DNA of 64,000 bases from an uncultured Chloroflexia bacterium (GTDB lineage Bacteria > Chloroflexota > Limnocylindria > Limnocylindrales > CSP1-4), in assembly GCA_963776865.1 (NCBI GenBank), contig CAVZOG010000004.1, positions 705,317 to 769,316 of the forward strand, read 5' to 3'. The notes below the pieces were generated by a model. That model had not been told where the DNA came from. It did not search any database and saw only the letters and a list, made by a program, of their open reading frames with translations. Below are positions 10,512 to 19,850 of the stretch, in pieces. The position numbers and the translations under genes were made by a program. The first letter of the stretch is position 1, and each line of letters starts with the position of its first letter.

Positions 10512-10570
10512 TGACGTAACCGAATTCGAGACGAGCCGACGATGGCGGCGCCCTTCGTCGCGCCTAATGT
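10512..10570 (+). promoter_or_regulatory. Promoter copy 3 (TGACGTA...CGATG...TAATGT)
   Basis: Conserved motif spacing with copies 1 and 2. Confidence 0.6.
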
Positions 10571-10616
10571 TCATCTCGTCAACAAAACCGTCGCAGCAAG
10601 CAAAGGAGTGAGAGCG

Positions 10617-10838
10617 ATGCTCGTCTCAGAGACTCTCGTTCCGTATTACATGGCGGATCGCCTTCGTGAAGCGCAGCAGGCCCGACTGGCCCGTGAAGCT
10701 CGAGCGGCGGCAAAGGGTTCGCAGCGGAATGAGTCCAGGAAGTCCGGCCGAATGCCAGGACTGAGCCTCCCCGAGGACCAGTCGTGGATGCCGCGGTTGC
10801 GGGGTTACCCGATCGACCGGGAGTTCGCACGGCGATGA
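10617..10838 (+). CDS. Small hypothetical protein (73 aa)
   Basis: AAGGAG RBS at 10603; MLVSETLVPYYMADRLREAQQARLARE; own promoter and terminator. Confidence 0.7.
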   Translation: MLVSETLVPYYMADRLREAQQARLAREARAAAKGSQRNESRKSGRMPGLSLPEDQSWMPRLRGYPIDREFARR

Positions 10839-10850
10839 GGTCGGAGAACG

Positions 10851-10895
10851 GCGCCCGGTAGCAGACAGAACTGCTGCCGGGCGCTTTTTCTTTTT
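10851..10895 (+). terminator. Rho-independent terminator
   Basis: GCGCCCGGTAGCAG-ACAGAA-CTGCTGCCGGGCGC followed by TTTTTCTTTTT. Confidence 0.88.
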
Positions 10896-10919
10896 GGCCA
10901 CACGCGACAATGACAGCCC

Positions 10920-11450
10920 GTGAACATCGCCATTCCCGATCCGTCGCTGGTGCTCCTGGTCGGTCCATCGGGGGCGGGCAAGTCGACCTTCGCCATGGCC
11001 CACTTTCGCTCGACCGAGATCGTGTCGTCCGATGCAATGCGCGCGATGCTGACCGACGACCCGGCCGATCAGGGCGCCTCGGCCGAGGCCTTCCGCGTGC
11101 TTACGACGATCGTCAACGGCCGGCTCAAACGGCGCCTGCTGACGGTCGTCGACGCGACCAACCTCGGAGCCGGCAACCGCTCGGGCTACCGCCGCCTGGC
11201 GGCACGCTACGGAATTCCGTCAGTGGCGATCGCGTTCGACTTCCCCGAGCGCATCTATCGCAAGCGCAACGCCTCCCGGCCCGACCGCGTCGTGGCCGAT
11301 CCGGTTGTGGCCGACCAGACAGAGCGCATGGCCGGGGCGCTGGTGGACATGGCGGCCGAGGGCTTCCAGTCGGTCGTGGTCCTGAGCGAGCGCGACACCC
11401 TCGGCGAGATCGTCATCGAGCGCATCCCGTCCACGTCGCGCAGCGGCTAG
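10920..11450 (+). CDS. AAA_33 / polynucleotide-kinase-like P-loop kinase
   Basis: LVGPSGAGKST, IVSSDAMR, VVDATN: PNKP kinase-domain motifs. Confidence 0.85.
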   Translation: MNIAIPDPSLVLLVGPSGAGKSTFAMAHFRSTEIVSSDAMRAMLTDDPADQGASAEAFRVLTTIVNGRLKRRLLTVVDATNLGAGNRSGYRRLAARYGIPSVAIAFDFPERIYRKRNASRPDRVVADPVVADQTERMAGALVDMAAEGFQSVVVLSERDTLGEIVIERIPSTSRSG

Positions 11451-11453
11451 CGC

Positions 11454-11514
11454 TCAGTCCTCGCGCCGCGTGGGATCAGTCCTCGCGCCGCGAGGGATCA
11501 GTCCTCGCGCCGCG
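11454..11514. repeat. 22-bp tandem repeat, three copies of the MFS gene 3' end
   Basis: TCAGTCCTCGCGCCGCG at 11454, 11476 and 11498. Confidence 0.9.
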
Positions 11515-12922
11515 TCTCGTCGACCTTGCGCAGCGCCCACGCTGCGATGGCAACGAAGATCAGCATCGACCCGATCGCTGCGCGAGGCGCTGCACCGAGC
11601 AGGGTCGACTCGAGATCGGGCGAGTCGGGCGTCGGCAGGCCGGCGCGCGTCACCAGGAAAAGCACCACGCCGGCGAGGGCCAGGCCGACCGGGCCCGACG
11701 ATGCCGTAGCCACGTTCGAGATGCCCATGTAGCGGCCCGAGCTGGCCTTGGGGATGATGTCCGTGAGCAGCGCCCAGTCGACGACCAGAAAGGCCCCGGC
11801 GGAGAAGCCAATCGGCATCAACGACAGCAGCGCAAGCTCCAGCGTCGGCGCCAGCGCGAGCCCTGCCACGCCGACCGCGGCCAGCGCGAACGCGACGTAG
11901 ATCACCTTCTTGCGACCGATGCGATCCGACAGCCGCGCGGCAGGGATGGTCGCCAGGACCGTCGAGATAGCCACGATCAGGCCGACCACCAGCAGGAACG
12001 GCGCGGCAACCGACGGCGGCAGGTTGAACGAGCGCTCGAGCAAGAACACCGCGTAGGCGGTGATCACGCCCGGTATGGCCAGGTAGCACAGGCGCGAGAC
12101 GAGCAGCCAGACATACGAGCGCTCGCGCAGGATGTCTGTTCCCCACGCGGACAGACCGATGCGCCACCACGACCGGCCCTCGCGCGGCGACGCCGCGCGA
12201 CCCTCTTGCACGGTGAACGCGAGCACGACCATCGTCGCCACCTCGACGAAGCCGAGCGCGACGGTCGGCCAGAAAAGGATCGACCGAACTGCCGGCTCGG
12301 CCATGCTCGGCTCGAGCTGCAGGTAGCCGATCGCGGCAATGCCGACGCCGGCCATGCCGCCGAGGATGATCATGATGCCCATCAGGGCGCTGGCACGACC
12401 GACCTGCCTGGCCGGGACGAGGTCGGGCACGTAGCCCTGGAATGGTCCCTGCGCAAAGTTGGACGAGAACTGGAGCAGGACGAGCGCGACGACGATCGCC
12501 ACGTATGTCTCGGCCGAGGCGACCGCCCACAGGAAGACCACGTCGAGCAGGCTGCCGATGACGATGTACGGCTTGCGCCTGCCCCAGCGCGAGACGGTGT
12601 AGTCGGAGATCGCGCCGACCGTCGGCTGGACGAGCACGGCGGTGATCACGCCGGCGACGGTGATCAGGCCGAGCGCCAACCCCGCCGACGCCGGTCCGAA
12701 GAGCGCCTCCATGCGCTTGGGCAGCACGATGACGTGCAGCCCGGTCCACATCGCGTTGATGCCCAGCCAGTAGATCGAGAGGGTCAGCAGCTGGCTGAGC
12801 GGCAGCTCTCGGGTGGGCCGGCCCAGGGCGTGGACGACGGGCTCGCGAACGCCGGCGACACCCGGGTCGAGGGTCGGCTCGAGCACCGCTTCGCCGGCGC
12901 CGCTGGTTGCTTTGCTGCTCAA
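11498..12922 (-). CDS. MFS transporter
   Basis: About 12 TM segments; GAISDYTVSRWGRRKP and RLSDRIGRK motifs. Confidence 0.92.
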   Translation of the reverse strand: MSSKATSGAGEAVLEPTLDPGVAGVREPVVHALGRPTRELPLSQLLTLSIYWLGINAMWTGLHVIVLPKRMEALFGPASAGLALGLITVAGVITAVLVQPTVGAISDYTVSRWGRRKPYIVIGSLLDVVFLWAVASAETYVAIVVALVLLQFSSNFAQGPFQGYVPDLVPARQVGRASALMGIMIILGGMAGVGIAAIGYLQLEPSMAEPAVRSILFWPTVALGFVEVATMVVLAFTVQEGRAASPREGRSWWRIGLSAWGTDILRERSYVWLLVSRLCYLAIPGVITAYAVFLLERSFNLPPSVAAPFLLVVGLIVAISTVLATIPAARLSDRIGRKKVIYVAFALAAVGVAGLALAPTLELALLSLMPIGFSAGAFLVVDWALLTDIIPKASSGRYMGISNVATASSGPVGLALAGVVLFLVTRAGLPTPDSPDLESTLLGAAPRAAIGSMLIFVAIAAWALRKVDETRRED

Positions 12923-12953
12923 GCTGTCGATCGGCCGAGTGTAGGCCGTGACC

Positions 12954-14270
12954 CTAAGGCGCCGGAGCGGCCGGCTCGACCGCGAGCTGGATGTCGCCCG
13001 GCGGTTCGACGCGCGGCCGGACGGGAATCAGCAGCAGGCATGCAGCGCCGAGGAAGATGAGACCGGTCAGGATCGCCGCGCGCGGCGCCGCCTCGAGACC
13101 GACGCTGGCAGTCACCTGGTCGAGGATCTGACCGCCGATGATCAGCGCCAACGGCCCGCTGATCGAGTTGGCGATGTTGGCGAGTCCCATGTAGCGACCG
13201 GACGCGACTCGCGGGATGGTCGAGGTCATCAGCGCCCAGTCGATGGCCACATAGCCGCCCGAGCCGAGGCCCAGCAGCACCAGACCGGGGATTGCCTCGA
13301 CCGGCGCCTGGGCGCGAGCGACGAGGAGGATGCCGATCGCGGCGGCGAGGGCCGACAGCCAGACGACTCGCTTGCGTCCGATTCGGCTTGCCACCCACGC
13401 CGATGGGACAGTGCCACCAATCGTGCCCACGGCCAGGGCAACGGTTCCCAGGGTCAGCCACGTCGTGAGATCGGCGCCGCTCTGACCGAGCGAATCGCGG
13501 ATGTAGAACAGGCTCAAATTGACGAACACCGCCGGACCCATCAGGAAGAGCAGTCGGGTGAGGGTCATGAACACGAAGCTGCGCTCACGCAAAGCGTCGA
13601 GACCCCACGTCTCGAGCGCGATGCGCGTCCATGAGCGCCCATCGCGCGGCCGGCCCTGCGGCCCTTCGCGAACGGTCGCAACCGTGATCAGCGCGAGCAC
13701 CGCCTCGATGACGCCGATCAGGACCAGCGGAACGGCATAGTCGCCGGTCGTGGCACCGGTCGAGATCAGGGCCGCGCCAACGATCACGCCCATCAGCCTC
13801 ATCAGGCCGATCAACGCGCTGGCGACGTTGACCTGGCGCTCTGGTACGAGGTCGGGCACGTAACCCTGGAAAGGTCCCTGGGCGAAGTTGGAGCTGAACG
13901 AGAGAAGGAGCAGGAACGCCGCCAGCGAGAGGAGCGACTGCGATGTCGCGATGCCGATGATGAACACCAGGTCGAGCATCCCGCCGACGAAGATGAATGG
14001 CTTGCGCCGGCCCCAGCGCGAGGTGAGGTAGTCGCTGATCGACCCGACCGTCGGCTGGACCAGGATCGCCACCAGCGCGGCGCCCAGCTCGAGCAAGCCC
14101 ATCGTCGTGCCGCGCGTCGGGATGCCGACGAGTGACTCGACCTTCCACTGGCCGAAGATCTCGTAGCCGCCCCACAGCATGTTGATCCCGAACCAGTAGA
14201 CGGAGATCGCCAGCAGCTGGCCGCGCGGCAGCAGACCCCCGCCGGTGTGTCCCGCGTCGGCGTCTGCCAT
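12954..14270 (-). CDS. MFS transporter, tandem paralog
   Basis: GSISDYLTSRWGRRKP; shares SSNFAQGPFQGYVPDLVP with the neighbouring gene. Confidence 0.92.
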   Translation of the reverse strand: MADADAGHTGGGLLPRGQLLAISVYWFGINMLWGGYEIFGQWKVESLVGIPTRGTTMGLLELGAALVAILVQPTVGSISDYLTSRWGRRKPFIFVGGMLDLVFIIGIATSQSLLSLAAFLLLLSFSSNFAQGPFQGYVPDLVPERQVNVASALIGLMRLMGVIVGAALISTGATTGDYAVPLVLIGVIEAVLALITVATVREGPQGRPRDGRSWTRIALETWGLDALRERSFVFMTLTRLLFLMGPAVFVNLSLFYIRDSLGQSGADLTTWLTLGTVALAVGTIGGTVPSAWVASRIGRKRVVWLSALAAAIGILLVARAQAPVEAIPGLVLLGLGSGGYVAIDWALMTSTIPRVASGRYMGLANIANSISGPLALIIGGQILDQVTASVGLEAAPRAAILTGLIFLGAACLLLIPVRPRVEPPGDIQLAVEPAAPAP

Positions 14271-14347
14271 TGTTCAATCCTCGGACGATTGGCATGCCTC
14301 GTGTGCGCCGATTTCGCCATCCCCGACGGATGCGTCACAATCGGGCC

Positions 14348-15684
14348 GTGACCCAAATGCCCCAGCAGTCGGGGGTCGCCGCCAGCGGCGGCGACGTGCC
14401 CACCATCCCGTTCAGTGAGCGGCGCCTGGAAAACGGCCTGCGCGTGATCGTCGCGCCGGACCACCTGGCGCCGGTCGTCGCGATCAACATCTGGTACGTC
14501 GTGGGTTCGCGCCACGAGCAGCCCGGACGGACCGGCTTCGCCCACCTGTTCGAGCATTTCATGTTCCAGGGTTCGCGCCACGTGACGAAGGCCGAGCACT
14601 TCAGCCTGATCCAGAGCGCGGGCGGCGTGAACAACGCCACGACCTACTTCGATCGGACCAACTACTTCGAGACGCTGCCGTCGCACCAGCTCGAGCTCGC
14701 CCTCTGGCTGGAGGCCGATCGGATGGCCACCCTGCTCGACGCGCTCGACCAGGAGAACCTCGACAACCAGCGCGACGTGGTCAAGAACGAGAAGCGCCAG
14801 AGCTACGACAACCGACCATACGGCTCGTTCTACGAGAAGCTGATGGCCGCCGTCTTCCCGGCCGATCACCCGTACCACCACACGCCGATCGGCTCGATGG
14901 AGGATCTCAACGCGGCCTCGGTCGATGACGTGGTCACCTTCTTCAAGACCTGGTACGCGCCGAACAACGCGGTGCTGTCCATCGTCGGCGACGTCGACGA
15001 GGAGGAGGCGCACGCGGCCGCGGCACGCTACTTCGGGCCGATCCCGGCCAATCCGGAGATCCGCCAGCCGGATCTGCCGCAGGTTGAGCCACTCATCGGC
15101 CACGAGGCGCGTGAGGTTGTGCCCGACAACGTGCCGCTGACGCGCGTCCACTTCGGCTTCCGCTGCCCGCCGTACGGCACGCGCGAGTTCGACGCGCTCG
15201 AGGTCGCCAGCCAGATCCTCGCCGGCGGCCGTGGCAGCCGGCTGTATCGCAGCCTCGTCCGCGAACGCAAGATCGCCCAGGACGTGACTGCCTTCGGGCT
15301 GCCGCTCGATCGGCGGTGCGAGCTTCTTCGGCGGCTGGATCACCGTCCGTCCCGACAGCGACGCCGATACCGCCGAGCAGGGCTACCTCGACGAGCTGCA
15401 GCGAATGGCCGACGAAGGCGTGACGGAAGACGAGCTGATCCGAGCCCGGGCACTGATCGAGGCGAGCGAGCTCGGCGCGCTGGGTCGCGTCGAGGAGGTC
15501 GCCGACCGGCTGTCGATGTACGCGGCGCTGTTCGATCGACCCGAGCTGATCAATGAGCAGCTCGGCCGCTACCTGTCGGTGACCGCCGAGGAGGTCCAGT
15601 CGGTGGCGCGCGACGTGTTCCGGCGCCGACAACCGCGTCGTGCTGACATACGTCCCCGCCGAGCCCGAGGAGCAGGCGGCGTGA
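14348..15684 (+). CDS. M16 (pitrilysin-like) zinc peptidase, catalytic subunit; frameshifts near 15310 and 15625
   Basis: TGFAHLFEHFMFQGS (HxxEH), VVKNEKR, WYAPNNAVLSIVGD. Confidence 0.9.
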
Positions 15685-17234
15685 CGCTCGACGATCCGGC
15701 CGAGAAGGGCTTCGCGACCGACCAGGAGCCGCCGGAGCCTTCCGATTCGGACGAGAACGCCGCCGCCGGCCTGACGCCCGACGTGCTCGCCGACGAGCCG
15801 GCCTCGGGTGCCGTCATCGCGCCACCGCCGGCCGACGAGGAGGCCCCGAGCCACCCGTTTGACCTGTCGGTGCTCGACGTCCGGCCGGGCCCCGGCCGGC
15901 CGCGTGAGTACCACTTCCCGCGTTTCGAGCGCTTCACCGCTGTCGAACGGCCTGACCGTCGTCAATGCCCACGTGGCCGGCCGGGCGCTCGTCGCGGCCC
16001 AGCTGCTGCTGCCCGGCGGCGGGTGGACCGAGCCGGCGGATCAGGCAGGCATCACCGTCCTGACCGGCCGGGCGATGACCGAGGGCACCCGCCGCCGCGA
16101 CGCGAACGACTTCATCGAGTCGGCCGAGCGCCTCGGCGCGGAGATCCACGCCGACGCGACGTGGGAGACGCTCAGTGCGAGCGTCGAGGTGCCGCGCTCG
16201 AAGTTCGGCGACGCGCTCGGGCTGCTGGCCGAGATGGTCGCCGAGCCGGCTTTCCCAGCGGCCGAGGTGGAGCGACTGCGCGACGAGCGCATGAACGATC
16301 TGCTCCAGGCCTGGTCGGATCCGCGCCGGCGCTCGGAACGCGTCTTCCCGGAGACGATCTACGACGCGGCCACGCCCTACCGCCGGCCGCTGGCCGGCGT
16401 CCAGTCGACGATCCGCAATCTCGACCGTGACGCGGTGGTGGCGCGCCATCGGGCGATGATCGATCCCGCCGCGGCCACGCTCGTCGTCGCCGGCGATCTG
16501 GGCGGTCTCGTCGCTCGAGGAGCTTGCCGAGCGCCATCTGGGCAGCCTCTCCGGTGACGCCACGAGTGCCGAGGCACGATCAGAGGAGATCGCGACGACC
16601 GAGCCCACGCTGGTGCTCGTCGATCGTCCGGGAGCGCCTCAGTCCGAGGTGCGCATCGGGCACGTCGGCGTTGCGCGCAGCACGCCCGACTTCCACGCCC
16701 TGTCGGTGCTCAACGCGATCCTCGGCGGCACCTTCAATTCGCGCCTCAACCGCGTTATTCGCGAGGAGCTGGGCTACACCTACGGCATCAGCTCCTCGTT
16801 CGACATGCGCCGCCGGCCGGGGCCGTTCGTGATCCGGACCGCGGTCGAATCGGCGGTGACCGTGCCCGCCGTGCTCGAGACCCTGCGCATCGTGCGCGCC
16901 TTCATCGAGGCCGAGGTCGAGTCGGATGAGCTGGTCGTTGCGCGCGACTACCTCGTCGGCGTCTTCCCGCTCCGATTCGAGAGTGCCGCCCAGGTCGCCT
17001 CGGCGCTGGGCGGCTTGATCGTCTTCGATCTGCCCGACGACGAGCTCGATCGATATCGCCCGCGCATCGCCGCAGGTCAGTGCGCTCGACGTCCAGCAGG
17101 CCGCTGCGCGCCACATTCGGCCGGCCGACATGTCGATCGTGATCATCGGCGACGCGAATCACGTCGAGGCGCCGCTGCGCGCTGCCGGACTGGGCGAGCT
17201 GATCATCGTGCCGGCGGACGCGACGCCCGAGTGA
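15681..17234 (+). CDS. M16 peptidase non-catalytic partner subunit; frameshifts near 15940, 16510 and 17075
   Basis: LSNGLTV, EGT, PGAPQSEVRIG, ILGGTFNSRLNRVIREELGYTYG. Confidence 0.85.
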
Positions 17235-17837
17235 TCGTCGTCCTCGGCCGGCCGGGGCTCGACGCGCGTGACCGGCTCGACCGGGCGGCAGGACGCGTGG
17301 CGGTCGCGGCCGCAGCCGCGGGCGGTCGGGTCGACGCTGGTCGGCAGCGTCGGTGATGACGCCGACGGTGACGCCGTCGCTATCGAGCTCGGTCGCGTCG
17401 GGATCGGCCACGCCGCATTGCTTCGTGATCCGGCCGGCATCACGCCGCGCTCAAGGGAGACGGACGCCGGCCTTGAGGATGACGCGGCAGAGGGAGCGCC
17501 CTTGCCGCGACTGGACGCGGCCGACATCGACCTTGGTCTGCGCTACCTGGCCGAGTGCCAGGTGCTCGTCGTTGCAGAGCCGCTCGATGAGCAGGCGCTC
17601 GACGTCGCTGCGTCCGCCGCGAGATACCACGGCGCCGCGCTGATCGTCGTCACGGAGGCGGGCTCGTCGGCGCCGCAGCCTGAAGAGGCGACAGTGCTCG
17701 AGATGCCCGACGCGGACGGCGGCGCGTTCGCCGAGCTGGTCGGCCGTTACGCCGCGCTGCTCGATAGCGGCCGTGGCGCGGCCGAGGCGTGGCACGACGC
17801 CGTCTCCGAGACAGGCTGGCAGAACGCGCCGGCGTGA
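17231..17837 (+). CDS. PfkB/ribokinase-fold-like hypothetical protein (frameshift near 17330)
   Basis: GTGA overlap with the M16 gene; LVGSVGDDADGD...LGRVGI resembles PfkB signature 1. Confidence 0.55.
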
Positions 17838-18995
17838 CCGACACCGCGCAGCCGCTGGTCGTCTTCGGCGACGTGAACCTGGGCTACGACTTCGGTCCCG
17901 AGCATCCGCTCACGCCACGCCGCTTCAGGCCCTCGATCGACCTCCTGCGCACGGTCGGCGCCGAGCGCTTCGTCGAGCCGCGAACCGCGACCGACGATGA
18001 GCTGGCTCGACTGCACAGCCCGGACTACATCGACATGGTCCGCGAGTTCTCGCACGATCCGGGACGTTCGCCGGCCGCCGGCATCGGGCCGGGCGACTGT
18101 CCGCCCTTCGAGGGAATGCACGAGTCGTCGGCCGCGATTGCCGGCGGGTCGATCGATGCCGTCGATCGGATCCTCGCCGGTGAGGCCGAGCACGCCTTCA
18201 ATCCCGGCGGCGGCCTGCATCACGCGATGGCCGGCCGTGCGTCCGGCTTCTGCATCTACAACGACGTCGCGCTGGGCGTCGCCCGAGCTCGCGACGCCGG
18301 CCATCGCGTGCTCTACGTCGACCTCGACGTGCATCACGGCGACGGCACCCAGGCGCTCTTCTGGGACGATCCGGAGGTGCTCACGTTCTCGATTCACGAG
18401 ACGGGCATGGCCCTCTTCCCGGGAACCGGCTTCGTCGAGGAGCTCGGCGGGCCCGGCGCGCTGGGCACGAAGGTCAACCTGCCGCTCCAGCCGCTGACCG
18501 GCGACGGTTCGTGGATCGCGGCGATCGAGCGGGCACTGCCCGCGCTCGCCGCTGCGTTCGAGCCCACGTTCCTCGTCACTCAGCACGGCTGCGACACGCA
18601 CGTCTACGACCCACTGGCGCACCTGCGTCTGACGACGCGTGCCTACCGCGCGGCAACGACGCTGCTCGACCGCATCGCCCACGAGCACACCGGCGGTCGC
18701 TGGCTGGCCACCGGCGGCGGTGGCTACGACGCGTACCGGGTCGTGCCGCGCTCGTGGTCGCTTGTCTGGCTGGCGCAGGCGCATCGCGACCCGCCCGAAC
18801 AGACCGATGAGCCGTGGCGTGGCCGCTGGCTGGCCGAAGTCGGCGCGCTTCGATCAATCGCCGCCACCGGACGAATTCCTCGACCCAGACGAGATGGTCA
18901 GGTCGGAGCCGGCCGACCTCGCCGAGTCGAATGCCAGAACCGTGGAGCGTGCCCTGAGCGCAGCGTTGGGGCACCTTGGAGGAGATGTCGCATGA
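17834..18995 (+). CDS. acuC: Acetoin utilization AcuC / histone-deacetylase-family protein (frameshift near 18840)
   Basis: YDFGPEHPL, GGLHHA, GFCIYND, DLDVHHGDGTQ, GGGGY. Confidence 0.88.
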
Positions 18996-19819
18996 CCGCT
19001 GAGTCGGGTTTCGTCGAGGCGCCCGGAGCGCGCCTGTACTACGAGGTCGAAGGGGAGGGATCGCCGCTCACGCTAGTCCACGCCGGCGTGGCGCACCTGC
19101 GCATGTGGGACGCGCAGGTCGAGGCGTGGCGAGATCGACATCGGATCATTCGCTACGACACGCGCGGCTTCGGCCGAACGCTCGTCGAGGACGTGCCGTA
19201 CTCGAATCGCGACGATCTCCGCGCGGTGCTCGACCACCTCGGCGTGGAGCGCACGCACCTGCTCGGCCTGTCGCGCGGCTCGATGATCGTGACCGACTTC
19301 CTGGTCGAGAACCCCGAGCGCGCCCTGTCGCTTACGTGGGTCGCCGGCGGCCTGCGTGGCTTCGAGCCCGACGAAGACCCGCGTCTCGAGGCACTGTGGC
19401 CGGAGATGGAGCGACTCGAGGAAGCCAGGGACTGGGAACCGCTGGTCGAGCTGGAGACGCAGGTGTGGACCGACGGCCCGGGTCAGCCGCCCGACCGTGT
19501 CGATCCCGTTCTACGTCGCCAGATGATCGAGTGGAACTTGGACAACTACCGCGCCGATCAGCCCGCCAACCAGCCCACCCAGCCCGAGGTGCCGGCGGCG
19601 CAGCTGCTCGACCGGATCAAGGTGCCAGCGCTGTTCATCTGGGGCACGTTCGACGAGCAGCCCGTGCTGCGTGCCGGCGAGAAGCTGACGGCCGAGGTGA
19701 GCGGCGCGCTCAGCCACGTCTTCGAGGGCGTGGCGCACATGGTCAACCTCGAGCGGCCCGAGGAGTTCAACCGGCTGGTGGGCGACTTCCTGGCGGAGGT
19801 CGACGCAGCGGGCAGCTAG
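18992..19819 (+). CDS. Alpha/beta-fold hydrolase
   Basis: GGAGG RBS; LVHAG, YDTRGFG, GLSRG nucleophile elbow, AHMVNLE. Confidence 0.9.
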   Translation: MTAESGFVEAPGARLYYEVEGEGSPLTLVHAGVAHLRMWDAQVEAWRDRHRIIRYDTRGFGRTLVEDVPYSNRDDLRAVLDHLGVERTHLLGLSRGSMIVTDFLVENPERALSLTWVAGGLRGFEPDEDPRLEALWPEMERLEEARDWEPLVELETQVWTDGPGQPPDRVDPVLRRQMIEWNLDNYRADQPANQPTQPEVPAAQLLDRIKVPALFIWGTFDEQPVLRAGEKLTAEVSGALSHVFEGVAHMVNLERPEEFNRLVGDFLAEVDAAGS

Positions 19820-19850
19820 CAGCCAGCAGTCAGCGAACTGGCCGACGCGG

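Noticed and set aside
10920-11450. Pnkp-Hen1 RNA-repair system
   Set aside because: Only the kinase domain is present; no phosphatase, ligase or Hen1 gene is nearby.
11454-11514. Possible mini-CRISPR array
   Set aside because: Spacers are only 5 nt, the repeat equals the gene end, and no cas genes are present.
10910-13060. Long antisense or alternate-frame ORFs (this and many others)
   Set aside because: Arg/Pro/Ala-rich shadow ORFs expected at high GC; no recognisable motifs.
17789-19819. Apparent deacetylase-hydrolase fusion
   Set aside because: A frameshift near 18840 joins two genes; the hydrolase has its own GGAGG and ATG at 18992.
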